A stretch of 63,010 nt of DNA, filler included, from Welwitschia mirabilis (lineage: Eukaryota), in NCBI GenBank assembly GCA_051453625.1. It is 4 parts of one record of this genome, joined end to end, with 100 filler letters (N's around TTAATTAATTAA, not from the genome) between each part and the next. Parts side by side here need not be neighbours in the genome. Positions count along the whole stretch, not along the records: positions 1 to 25,837 come from JBOZIK010000001.1; positions 25,938 to 32,948 come from JBOZIK010000001.1; 2 more parts are not named here. One strand, 5' to 3'. The notes under the pieces were generated by a model. That model searched no databases. It was not told the origin of the DNA and was given only the letters and a program-made list of their open reading frames with translations. Position 1 is the first letter of the stretch. Every line of letters starts with the position of its first letter. Position numbers and translations under genes: made by a program. This document shows positions 13,081 to 26,209 of this stretch, piece by piece.

Positions 13081-15395
13081 GTTAGTCTTGTGTTATTATG
13101 TGATTGTCTTGTTTGAGTACTTGGTCTAGCAATGAAATAGTAAAAGCACATTAAGAAAATTTAGAAATAGTTTTTGATAGAAAAACTATAAGTGAAAATT
13201 TAGACTTCCTATCACATGTTTCTTCTTAAATTCACTATGCTTCCATTATAAGCTAAAGCACTATGTTGATTTCTTATCTATGTTTAAAGAACCTTTAGTT
13301 CAATCGATATAAAATTCTTAAAAATAGTGCTAGAATCTATATATTTGACAAGAAATAAATTAGAGGAGGTTTTCTAGAGTAGGAACCACAATAACTAGTG
13401 CTTAAATCCCAATAAAACTTACAAGGAAAATCAATATGTTTAGAGTAAGCACTTATCACTTTAGAGTTAAAATATATAGATNNNNNNNNNNNNNNNNNNN
13501 NNNNNNNNNTTGCATAATTTGTTCATTAAATTTTTTTAAAAATAAGAAATGTATTCTCTTTCATTATCCTCTTCTAGCTATTGTAAGATCCAAATGGAAT
13601 ATTATAGCATGTAATTTGTACCACTTATTTTAGTTTCTACCTATTATTTTAGAACACTTTCTTGAATAGATCTTTAGGTCTTTAAAACATATACTCAAGT
13701 TGTCCAATAGATCCTTTAGGTCCTATTTTGAATGTGATTAAATATTAGTAACAAACATAATTATCTTAAAGGCCTCAACTTAATAAAATAACAATAATAA
13801 ACATTATTGCTAGCTTAAATTCATGAATAACTCAATGGTTATATCTAGTAACTCCATTTTATTTAGGAGTAGATATACAAGATGTCTAAAATAAAATCCC
13901 TTTGGGAATTTAAATTATGAAATTCATGCTTAATAGATTTCATCCACTATTAGGTTAAAACATTTTAATTTAATGGTCAAATTATTTATTAACAAAATTT
14001 TTAAAGCATAGATAGCAAGCACAAAACTTAGATTTTAGTTTTAAAGGATGTGACGTAAGAGCCTTCTTAAAAAATAAAAATTAAAAAAATGCATTTTAGT
14101 TAGGGATCTATTATTGAGGTTTTAGTGTGCTTGTGTGAAAAATAATATCTATTGTATATAATTACCATGAAGGCACCATGTGTAATCACCATGTAGGTGC
14201 CCTGTGTAGTTAGCACAGAAAGAGTTTTGGTGAGTGGAATATGTTATGTTTAAAACATAACAAATGTGTAAGGAATACATTGTATTTCAAGGGAATCCAC
14301 ATGTAAGGAATATATTACATTTAGAAGCCATTCTCAGCGAATTGTGAAAGAGACTAATATTAGAAGGATTCTTTGTTAATAATAATTTCACTTAAAGCCT
14401 TATAAATAAGAGGGTGTAAGGAGATGAAGATCATGACTTGGAGGATGCCTTGATAAATGACGTGAAGAAGGGAGAAGTAAGAGATCTTAAAGTTAAAGAT
14501 TGAAAAGAGCTCTAGTTGTAGAACTTAAGAAGATAGCTCCTAGTATAAGAATGTGGCTCATTCATATTCTTTCTTGAAGGTATCAAGCATTAAAGTGGTA
14601 AATCCTAGGTAAGTCTTTCGAGGCCATTGTTAAGAAGAGAGCTCATAAAAGCTTTATTGGTTCCTCCAATACTTTATTTCCTACACATTTCTTCTTTTCT
14701 TTTTATTCTTCCCTAAAAATACAATCCCAAAGAGTGTTCTTAGCTTTTCATTGTATTAGCTCTACGTGATCTGGTATCCACTAAGTTTTGGATTTTGGGT
14801 GGAGTTGATGTTGGATTTTATTTTAGGATGCTATCAAAGAAGATAATGGTTTCTCACTTGCAAAAGTATCTTGTAAAGTAAGAAGTGGTGATAGAAGATA
14901 TCCTACATATAATGTAGGAGATGACAAAGGAGATGAATATCAACTATACACCCAAAACTTTCAAATTAATTCCAAACAAGGAGAAGGAAGAAGAACATTC
15001 TATTTTGGAGAAGAAACCAAAGAAGGATGTTATGCATTAAGGTTTGAGTGAAGATGAAAAGAAGTTTCTCTTTATAAAAGTCCTAATAAAGTTAGGACAA
15101 AAAGACCTAGTAAGTATGACACTATTTCAAGGAATTTTAGAAGTAAGAAAGATTCAGGACTAGATTTGAGGCATGGAGTAATACTTAATATGGAGGACAT
15201 AGATGTAGAAAAGAAGGTAATGATTACTCCAATGTACTTATGTGGAGTTGTAGCCAGTTGGTGGGAGTATATTTGGAATGGTCATCAAGATTGATAGCTT
15301 TCAAATTTTTGGAGCTACATGAAAAAGAAGTTCTAAAACAAGTTCATGTCATTTTCACATAGGATAGAGATAATAATAAAGATGTATATACTTGG

Positions 15396-18300
15396 CGTAA
15401 TACCAAAACTTTAATTATCCTCATTAAGCATTTTTTTTTTTTAAAATTATTAACTAACATACACAATAGTACCTAGGAATAATTCCTATTTAGGCCCTAT
15501 TAAAACATTATAAGATTTAAAATAATTAAATAACATAATTACTACTTACTTATAGACCATTTTGGTTTGTATACAATAATGATGTCAAAATNNNNNNNNN
15601 NNNNNNNNNNNNNNNNNNNNNNNNNNNNNNNNNNNNNNNNNNNNNNNNNNNNNNNNNNNNNNNNNNNNNNNNNNNNNNNNNNNNNNNNNNNTCAAAATTA
15701 TATCCTATATTTATTCCTAATTTTTGTTTTCATCATATAAAAATATCTTGTATAAACTTCATAGGATGTTAACTTATTTTATCACATACATAGATAAGTT
15801 TTAGAATAGTTCCTAACCAATTTGATAGGAGGTTGCAACTCCCATTAATGTTATTTCAACTTAATATCTATCCATCCTCCAGATGTGAGTTTGTTCTACT
15901 TTAGGTTCTAAGCTATACAAATATGGTTGGACTCAACTTCATAGGCTTAGACTTTACCTCGATATACCCCCAATACAAGTAACAAGTGGTATGTGAGATG
16001 GATGCATACTTACAAATGACCCTTTCTTCCTTGAAGCATATCAAAATTATGTAACATAATCCTCTGATACCAAAGACTTGAGATATTAAGTTAGAGAGAG
16101 TCCATACATGGGTAGAACAGGAGAATAATGATTAAATCTACTTCCAGAAGAGATTATAAATAAAAATACAATGCAACCCACCTTGGTGATGAAATCCAAG
16201 TATGGGGATGAATAATTATTGAGATTATCTTGAGTTAGTTGAATGAATACATCATACAAACATATAATTATATAGATATTTAGTGGATTATTTACCTAAT
16301 AGAAATAATTTTAATCATCATTGAGATAATTTTATAAAAATAATCTATGAAAAAAATAGAGTATAAAAGCATCATTCTGATTTTTTTTTAAAAAAAGCAA
16401 TTAATACATATGCAAAACATAATAGGGAAGATATATGAAGGAAAACATATCTTTATTTTTCTACATTATAATAATTCTTTTCAAATTAAGGCACATTGAC
16501 AATCCTAAGTTCTATTGTATAAATATGCTCCATTTATGGAACTAANNNNNNNNNNNNNNNNNNNNNNNNNNNNNNNNNNNNNNNNNNNNNNNNNNNNNNN
16601 NNNNNNNNNNNNNNNNNNNNNNNNNNNNNNNNNNNNNNNNNNNNNNNNNNNNNNNNNNNNNNNNNNNNNNNNNNNNNNNNNNNNNNNNNNNNNNNNNNNN
16701 NNNNNNNNNNNNNNNNNNNNNNNNNNNNNNNNNNNNNNNNNNNNNNNNNNNNNNNNNNNNNNNNNNNNNNNNNNNNNNNNNNNNNNNNNNNNNNNNNNNN
16801 NNNNNNNNNNNNNNNNNNNNNNNNNNNNNNNNNNNNNNNNNNNNNNNNNNNNNNNNNNNNNNNNNNNNNNNNNNNNNNNNNNNNNNNNNNNNNNNNNNNN
16901 NNNNNNNNNNNNNNNNNNNNNNNNNNNNNNNNNNNNNNNNNNNNNNNNNNNNNNNNNNNNNNNNNNNNNNNNNNNNNNNNNNNNNNNNNNNNNNNNNNNN
17001 NNNNNNNNNNNNNNNNNNNNNNNNNNNNNNNNNNNNNNNNNNNNNNNNNNNNNNNNNNNNNNNNNNNNNNNNNNNNNNNNNNNNNATTTACTTGGAGCTT
17101 TTAAATAAATAAATACTTCTGGAAATATTACATAATTCTCTACAACATGAACTACTTGGTTTTTACCCAACATTACTTATTAATTTTGAGAACTAAGGCC
17201 CTTTGCTTACTATTTTCTACTTGCAATTTCTAAGTTATTTTCATAAAATAAATTTTAAAAATTATTTTACTCTTAAAATAATTACTATTTTAAAACATTT
17301 AAACTTATAACATGATTATAAACTTAAATCAAAATTTTTTATAAATATTTGTTTACTATTTAATGAGCTATAGCTTTCTTAAATATTTNNNNNNNNNNNN
17401 NNNNNNNNNNNNNNNNNNNNNNNNNNNNNNNNNNNNNNNNNNNNNNNNNNNNNNNNNNNNNNNNNNNNNNNNNNNNNNNNNNNNNNNNTATCTCTAAAAA
17501 TTAATTTTATTAAATTTAAATTAGTATAGATACATTTTATAGGGTCAACTTTCAATTATAAAGATTGCCTAAATTTTGGAGTTACTAAAAAATACCTTAT
17601 ACTAACATGGTTATAATGTTTAATCTACTTGGAGTTTTTAAATAAATATATACTTTTTACAAAAATTATTCAATTATCTACAACTTGAAATACTTTATTT
17701 TTATCCAAAGCTACATATTAATGCTAATAACTAAGACATTTATCTTACTATTATTTTCTTGTAATTTATGATTTATTTTCATAAAATAAATTTTAAAAAT
17801 TATTTTATTCTTGGAAAATTACTATTTTAAGACCTTTAAATTCTTAACCTAATTTTAAACTTACACAAAATTTTTTTATAAAGATTTATTTAGTATTTAA
17901 TAACTTATAACTTTTTAAAATTATGCTTCACTTTTGGGAAAAAGTGAACTTTAACTATACTAAGGATATAAGAACTTATTAAAATTAATAACTTAACTAA
18001 AAACTCATAATAAAATAAATATAAAATTATATTAAAATAAATTATAAATAATATAAGCTTAATCTACAATAATAATCAATGCAACAAATACCTAAAGCAT
18101 TAGGAGTTTTTAAGAAGGGGTGCTTAGCCTAAATGGATTTTGAGGATTAAAATCATTTGCCCTAATAAAATAGCTAATGTTAGTCTAATGCAAAAGAATC
18201 TTAAATGCATTTCAAAAATAACATAATGCAAAATAACATGGGTATCCAAAATTATAGTGAACCACTAGTCACTTGGCCAAAATATCCATTAGTAACCCCC

Positions 18301-19979
18301 TTAACTAAGCATGTAAAGAAATCCCTTAAATGTTTCCTTTATCTTAGTCTTAGCCAATCGGAGGAAAAATATTTATTGGTAGTTCTTTCAACTAAGCATG
18401 TAAATAGATCCCTTAAATCTCTCCTTTATCTTATTCTTAGCCAATGAGAGGGATAATGTTAATACTACATCGATAGTATAATCATATGCATAGACCTAAT
18501 GCAAGAAGCTAAAATTCTTATGAAAGAAGAACCTACTTGGAGGGAAAATATTGATGATTCTTAAGAAAGATTTGATTAAGTTCTAAGCTTTAAGATTCTA
18601 TATTTAAGCTTCTAAGATCCAAGCTTCAAGATCTAAGATTCAACTCCACATTTAAGAGGATGAAAGATTGAGAAGAAATTTTGATAGCATAAACTTACTT
18701 GAAAAATATTAGCTTGAGAAGAAATAAGAGGGCTCTATTTATAAATAAATGTCATACCAAAGGTTCTTGATATAATTGGTTAAAAAACACCCACATCATT
18801 TTACCTATAAAGTAAAGAAATCTTTTTTATTTGATAAGACTGATTAATGTAAAAGTGATATGAACATATGAATAATAGATAACAAGATGAATTAATGAAA
18901 AGTTGGATGAGCTTGTATAGAAGTAATATTGATATATCAGTGAAAGTTAATAAGATTAATCAATAAAAAGTTGCAATAGCTTGTGTAATAAGTGAAAATA
19001 ATGTATGAATGACAAAAGGAATCTTATTTATGACTTATAGACCTAATTGGGATGAGTACTTTTATTACTTAAATTAGTAAGATTATTTACATGCATCATT
19101 TCCTCATACTAGTTCCTTCTTTAATCCTTTATAGGCTCATAATCAATCCAAAAATATATTTTAAAGAATGTATAAAATTTATTAGAAGAACAATTTCAAA
19201 ATTGTCATGTAAAACAATGAGAAAAATAATCTTTTATTCATAAAGTACTTTCGCAAATATCAATAAAGATAAAAGTCATGGTAGAATAAATTCTACTCAT
19301 TCATTCTTTTTGGTTTATTGATAAGAGTGCATGTGCTACATGATCCATTACATCAACAATACAAATCACAAAAAAAGAAATGTCATAAGTGAATGTAGTA
19401 TAAGAAAATATTATAGTTGAATGTAAGAAATTGTTATAGTTGATCATAGTACTCTTTACTTTTTATCTATTTATTATTCTTTTACGTTATTAAGTAATTG
19501 TAGTTTTTTCTTTAATTTTAGATTTGAATAAGGCACATGAATAAATAATTAAAATAAAGATACTACATGCCACTTTTGTAGACATTTTATTATTACTATA
19601 CACGTTCATGTGAATTTTTCAATTTAACTATTTAACCATGTAAATGATATGTCTTATCATAAGTAGGTTTGTTTAGAACTAATAGTTGGGTATCCATTAC
19701 TTATTAATTTCTTTTCCTTATTAAAATTCTCATAATTTTTATTATTATTTTTAAATAATAAAATTATCCAAAACAAAGATTAATTCATTAAGTAACCTTA
19801 TGAGTACCTATAATTCAAAATATATATATCTTTGACATAAGAAATATAACACATTATTAATTGTAAATATATATATTGGTTCTCATATGCCTCAAATTAA
19901 AGGAAAGAAGGATTTTTATTTGATATCAAAACATTTATTATGTTTACTAATTAAATATTACAAAATGTGAGGTATAACA
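15396..19979. mobile_element. Large Tekay/Del-like solo LTR inserted in the CRM gag
   Basis: Termini cgtaatacc...ggtataaca (TGTAATACC...GGTATTACA type). Approximate TSD cttgg/tttgg. Gag reading resumes immediately afterwards. No coding domains inside. Confidence 0.65.
18278..18455. repeat. ~88-bp tandem repeat, 2 copies
   Basis: aactaagcatgtaaa...atcccttaaat..ctttatctta.tcttagccaat occurs twice in tandem. Confidence 0.8.
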
Positions 19980-22499
19980 TTTTGGCAAGGAGAAACATCT
20001 AAGACAGAGTACATAGACGAGTTCCATGCAGTTGGCATCCAAGCAAGAAATTTTAGCTTTGGAATAAAAGAGGTAATTAAATATGTTATGGGTTTAACAC
20101 TTATTATTCAAAATAAAATTTTTATTATTACTCATAGAAAAATAAAGAAAGCATACCTATTGATGCTACAAGAAGAAAAGAAGTTGTGGTAAAGGAACAA
20201 TTCAAATAGAGGAATATTCAAATGTAAAAAGCCACAAAGAAGGGATTGTCCACATGGATAAAGGATAAACCAAAGAATGGCAAAAGAAAGGTAAAGAAGA
20301 TACCATAGAAAGAGAAGTTACCTATTGGGAAAGAGGTAGAGGAGGTAATTTTTTGACTATCTATTATAAATGCCATAAGTTAAGACATAAGTTTTATAAG
20401 TGTCCATTAAGCAAGAAGCTTATGCACACAAATGCTATCTTTGAACATGGTGAGAGAAGTAAAGAATCTAATAAGAAAGAATTAAAAAATGATACTAGTG
20501 AGAAAGGAAAAAAATATAATTATTAGAATAACTCTCATGCAAGATAGCCAAGACAAATTAGAAAAATCTTCAAAACTATATGTAAGTATAAAGAAATGTG
20601 TGTAAGGTTATAGTTAACAATGTAAGCACTGATCATAGCTTTAGATAGAGATATAAAATTTATTTTTCATTTTTTGAGAATCTTATGATACATGATGGAT
20701 ACTAAGTTATAGTATTCTTTAGCATATCATCCATAAATAGATGAATAGATAGAAGAAGTAAATCACAACATTGGAAGTTTTCTAAAATATATTTTCAAAG
20801 ATAAGCTACATAAGTCAGAAGATTACAATAATTAAATGAATAANNNNNNNNNNCATCTGAAGTGGTATATGAGTATCAACCAATGATGTCAAATATGTTG
20901 CATAATATGCCAAAACCTTCAGCTATGACAGATGATTCTACAAAGAAAAGTGTATCAAGCTTTTGAAGAATCAAATTCCAAGGCTAAGAATTTAGCAAAG
21001 AAGTGCACAAGACACATAGAATTCAAGGAAGGTGACTTAATAATGGCATATTTGTAGAAGAAAATATTTTCCATAGGGACATGTACANNNNNNNNNNNNN
21101 NNNNNNNNNNNNNNNNNNNNNNNNNNNNNNNNNNNNNNNNNNNNNNNNNNNNNNNNNNNNNNNNNNNNNNNNNNNNNNNNNNNNNNNACAAGCTCAATTT
21201 CTGGAAGATTGATTTATGTAGAATTATGAAGAAGATTTTGTCAAATGCTTACTAAGTGAATCTTCCAAAAAATGGGCATATTTACCTATGTTCAATATTG
21301 TAGACTTAGTCAAATACCATAGAGAACTTGTAGAGGATGAAGCTTGGAACTGAGAACTACAAAAAATTGATCAAAAAAAAGAAAAAGTTGAATAAGAGAC
21401 TAGTGATTCTTGAAAGCCATAAAACGAAGACACAGAGAAAGGTGTACAAGGAGTACCTAGTCCAATTGCTAGAAGATCACTTAGGGGATGTAATTTGGAT
21501 CTTAGATCAAGACTACTTGAGAATGGGTTATGGAAGTCTAGCAAAGGAGAAACTTCTTTCCTATGATAGATCACTTTCAAGCAAGAAAGAATGATGCAAG
21601 AGCATCCATAGGAAATAAAAATTAAAAAAAAGTGTTTTTAGTTAAGGGTCTATTTATTAAGGTTTTAGTTTGCTTATGTGAAAAATAATATCCATCATAT
21701 GCAATTGCCATGAAGGCATTAGGTGTAGTTACCTTGTAGGCATCATGTGTAGTTAGCATAAAAGAAATCTTAGTGAGTGGAATATGTTATGTTTAGGAAA
21801 AGAAAAAGTTTTAAGGAATATGTTATGTTTAGAGGGAATTCATGTGTAAGGAATATGTTACTTTTAGAAGTTATTTTTAATGAATTATGTAAGAGTCTAA
21901 TATTAGAAGGATTATTTGTCAATAAAGATTCCTCTCAGAATATTATAAATAAGAGGGTGTGAAAAGATGAAGAGCATAACTTAAAGAGTACCTTAGTGAA
22001 TAACTTAGAGAAGGAAAAAGTAAGAGATCTTGGAGTCGAAGCTTGAGAAGATCTCTTCTTAAAATTCAAGAGATAGTTCCTTGTGTTAAGTCATGACTTA
22101 CTTGTGTTATCTCTTGAATGATATCAAAAATCAAGGTGGTAAAGCCTGAGTGAGGCTTTAGAGGCTACTATTAAGGAGAGAGCTCATGGAATCTATGTTA
22201 TTCATTTCTAGTTTGTAAATGTTATAATTCTTATATTAATAATAGAAAGTGATTCCTTTAATACTTTGTTTCTTGCATATTTCTTCTTTTTTTCCTATTC
22301 TACTCAAGAAACACAATTCCAAAAGTGTTGTTGGATTTTCATTACATTAGCTTTTCATTATCATGAATCCATGTAAATTAAGTAGCATCATGCATAAAAC
22401 ATGCATCATATCATATACCTTGAGTCTTAGTTATTGGGATTAACCCTTACAAGTCATAGTAAATTTTATCAAATGATTCCCAAAAACTATATCTCTAAA

Positions 22500-23960
22500 A
22501 ATAAACATGATAACTAATTTTACCTAGTTGGTAGCTATTACAAAATAACTTACTACTTGAAAAATATTCAATAACATTAATTAATGCTTTATTTGCTAAA
22601 TCCTATACTATAGGAAATTGAGGACGACTTAGACATTAATGACAAATATCTTGTGAAATGGATGGTGTTAAATTGAGAAATGAGTTCTTTTTTGTGCTTT
22701 TCTAGAGCATAAAGATATTGCTATAGGATTTTATCATCCATGCCTTCCTTGTTATCCTATGCTTTACAGAGCAATCATGGGTCAAAAAAATCCAAAACTA
22801 CAAGGGTAATATCTAGTAAATTGCTAAATAAACAATAAAGTCTTAGTTATATCTATAACATAAAGAACATTTTCAATTGCATATACTAATTTCTAGATGA
22901 GCCAATTGCATTGTTAGTATGGGAAAAAAAATTTAAATAGTGACTTATTACTAACCACAATAGAATACTACCATGACATATTTTAATAGTCAAGATCTTA
23001 TGTGGTTTACTAGTCATATGTAATGAAGCACCTATGTGTATGAGGTAAGCTGAGTTATCGAAGGGGTTCATTAAAGTCATAATAGACAAGGCCTAAAGCA
23101 TTGTTATATCATTCATAATAGTTTAAAGTGATATAACAAGTTTTATTACAAATTCAAGACATAACCTATGATCGGTTTAAAGGAGGTTGGTAACTATTCT
23201 TAGGTCTAAAAGTAGACTAAAAAACTTGAGGAAAAAACTACTAGTTATTTCAGTTTCCTTTTGGCTAATTAACTTGGTTAGTTTAAGGAACCTATACCCT
23301 TGAGCATTGAAAGAATAATTACAACTACCACCATTTTACTAATTAGAAGGATTGTGATTTTCTCCTCTATAATNNNNNNNNNNNNNNNNNNNNNNNNNNN
23401 NNNNNNNNNNNNNNNNNNNNNNNNNNNNNNNNNNNNNNNNNNNNNNNNNNNNNNNNNNNNNNNNNNNNNNNNNNNNNNNNNNNNNNNNNNNNNNNNNNNN
23501 NNNNNNNNNNNNNNNNNNNNNNNNNNNNNNNNNNNNNNNNNNNNNNNNNNNNNNNNNNNNNNNNNNNNNNNNNNNNNNNNNNNNNNNNNNNNNNNNNNNN
23601 NNNNNNNNNNNNNNNNNNNNNNNNNNNNNNNNNNNNNNNNNNNNNNNNNNNNNNNNNNNNNNNNNNNNNNNNNNNNNNNNNNNNNNNNNNNNNNNNNNNN
23701 NNNNNNNNNNNNNNNNNNNNNNNNNNNNNNNNNNNNNNNNNNNNNNNNNNNNNNNNNNNNNNNNNNNNNNNNNNNNNNNNNNNNNNNNNNNNNNNNNNNN
23801 NNNNNNNNNNNNNNNNNNNNNNNNNNNNNNNNNNNNNNNNNNNNNNNNNNNNNNNNNNNNNNNNNNNNNNNNNNNNNNNNNNNNNNNNNNNNNNNNNNNN
23901 NNNNNNNNNNNTAATCAAAAAAAGCCATGGATTAATAGGTACCATCCATGTCATTTAAAA
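22500..23960 (-). mobile_element. Ty1/copia gag-protease remnant
   Basis: ORF 22886-23089 YLIHIGASLHMT resembles the copia protease W..DSGAS.HMT. Boundaries are approximate. Confidence 0.55.
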
Positions 23961-24449
23961 ATCAATCAAATATTTAAAAATAAATAATAATAATAATAAA
24001 GACATGTGGATGTAAATAATGTTTGAAGAAACTAATGTATTGAGGTTCAAGACCATGAATCAAGACAATAATAGATAGATAATTACAATAATTTTTGAAC
24101 TAAACTAAATGATCACCTTATGAAATGAAGTGAGTTGAAGCATAAGGAATAACCCTTACTATTAACCAACTTAAGCAAATTAACATTAAAGAGGATAAAG
24201 ATATTTTATTAGTTGCTAAACAATTATACTCGCAATTTACTTCACACTAGTTAATTCTAGCTTAGTCTACCACTGTTAATTGCATTTTTCTTAGAATTAA
24301 TTGTAGTTTCACCATTTTATTTATTCATGTAATGTTAATTAAACATTAACGAGACTTGTGAACCTTGTAATTTTTCATGATATTAGAGTAAGACTAGGCA
24401 TCACTACATCCATGACCATTGCTTTGGTTATTATGATAAGCAAGAACAA

Positions 24450-24710
24450 TGTGTTCATGTCTTTTCAATCATTTCATGAAATGGAAAAATTAATTTTACT
24501 GAAGTTAATTTCATCAAATTTTCTTTCATGACACTTGCAAGTTCAATATTTGATTCACAACTTTCAACTCTAGCACCATCTTTCTAATCAAAATCCGAAG
24601 AAAAGATTCTTGATCAAAAGGGAAATGAAATAGAAAAGTAAGAGTTTAAAATATGGAAAAGGATGATGAACTTCTTTCTAGTTAGATCTTGAGAACAATG
24701 AAGAATTTCG
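24450..24710 (+). mobile_element. Ty1/copia gag N-terminal remnant
   Basis: LKLISSNFLS*..Q...EFKIWKR.DELLSS*ILRTM resembles IKL...NYL.W..Q...Y..W...DQLL.SWI. Confidence 0.5.
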
Positions 24711-24758
24711 ATCTTAGGTCTTTAGATATGAAAATGCTAGATAGGTTTAAAAAGCCTT

Positions 24759-25550
24759 TTTTATATTCTACATTTGTAAACTTTTAGTTACCCAAATATT
24801 AGACATGTTAATCTCCTACTCATATGATATTTTTTGATATTAAATTTTTAACATGAAACTTTTTTTAATTAGAGGCTTTATCCAATCTAATTTTTGTTTT
24901 ATAAGAAATAATGCCTTATGTTTTCTTATGTTAAAGATATACATTATGCTTAATTTTAAATTGAAGATAATTGTATGATCTTTTAAGTAATTAATTAATT
25001 TTTAGTAGGTTTTTATACTTGTGGTATTTACAAATAAATATAAGAATAATGATCATTACTTTATGAAAACTTTTATTTTTATGAGAAAATAAATTAATAA
25101 ATAGAAGCTGCTCAAAAGTTAAAATAAAAAAACTCTACTTATGTAAAAGAATTCAATTTACATGGTAAAATTATTAAATTAAAAATTTACAGAAAAGTTT
25201 AAAATAAAAATAAAATTAAATGGAATATGATGTCTTTCTTTTACTCATTTATTCATGTATCTCATGTAAGTCTAAAACCCAAAATTACTTGGTAAAAGTA
25301 AATGGTTAATGTAATTAGTAAAAGAATTAGATACAACGTTGAGCATAACACATTCAATTATGACTTTTTTTTTTTGTGGTTTGTGTTAATGAATTTGGAA
25401 TATCTTAAAATTAACGAGCATGTAAATGAGTACATGTGCTCTTATCTATAAATTACAAAAAATGAAAGAGTATATTTTGCTCTATCATGACTTTTATCCT
25501 TTTTGAGATTTATAAAAGTACTTGATTTATAAAACATTTATCTTTTATTT
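24759..25550. mobile_element. Fragment of the same LTR family as 15396-19979, in the opposite orientation
   Basis: Collinear similarity to the reverse complement of 19230-19979 (e.g. ttcttatgttaaagatata; catgtgctcttatc; tcatgacttttatc). Confidence 0.65.
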
Positions 25551-25837
25551 TTTTTGAAATAGAGACGGGAATATTAAACTAGAAAATTTACATGAGGGTG
25601 AAAATGCTCTAGCTTGATGGAAAGAATTAAACTATTTGACAAAAAGAAGAACATTTTGTGGGATACCCAAGTATAGTCTACAAACAAAACAAAATTGCGG
25701 CAATGATGCCCTTGGGTAGAAGGATTAGTAGAAGCTAGAATTAAACTAGGCAAGTAGCCTAAAAGGAAAGAAGAATTTACACAGAGGGGTAAGATCGTCC
25801 TAATTCGATATGAAAAATAAAACTAATTAACAAGAAG

Positions 25838-25937
25838 NNNNNNNNNNNNNNNNNNNNNNNNNNNNNNNNNNNNNNNNNNNNTTAATTAATTAANNNNNNN
25901 NNNNNNNNNNNNNNNNNNNNNNNNNNNNNNNNNNNNN
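25838..25937. other. Artificial scaffold spacer
   Basis: 44 N + TTAATTAATTAA + 44 N = 100 nt. Confidence 0.97.
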
Positions 25938-26209
25938 TGTAAATGTTATGTTTTAACATTGACCCCTATTTAAGGTTGTAAAAGGGGATTGGCTTGTAAC
26001 CCTAACCCTAGGGCCATATAAACCTGTTAAAGGGTTGTTTTTTGTACCAGAACACATTTTTGCTCTTATTCAATCAATAGAGCTCTGCATTGCTTCTTGT
26101 GGACATAGGGTAACAAGAGCCCGAACCACGTAAATTTTGTGTTATTTTCTTTTGTATGCCTGCTGTTCCATTCTTGTTCAAGTACTTTCTTGTTGTTCGA
26201 TTTGTAACA
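25938..26209 (+). mobile_element. 3' part of a Tork/Tnt1-like copia LTR
   Basis: TATA-like ccatataaac, U5 motif gtggacatagg...gaaccacgtaaat, ending tgtaaca. Confidence 0.6.

Larger units (their letters stand above)
14051..22360 (+). mobile_element. CRM-like Ty3/gypsy chromovirus, internally deleted, with a nested insertion
   Basis: Diverged LTRs 14051-~14769 (tgacgtaaga) and 21592-~22360 (tgatgcaaga). PBS tggtatcc at 14772. Gag (..VVASWWEYIW..; QGETSKTEYIDEFH), degenerate zinc knuckle YKCHKLRHKFYKCP near 20365, protease start, integrase (LDRDIKF; YSLAYHP). Chromodomain-like KTQRKVYKEYLVQL...VIWI in ORF 21337-21594. PPT ttcaagcaagaaagaa directly before TGATG. Confidence 0.82.

Noticed and set aside
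16062-16072. Reverse PBS-like ctctgatacca inside the nested insertion
   Set aside because: No adjacent TG..CA LTR end or gag found; probably incidental within the solo LTR.
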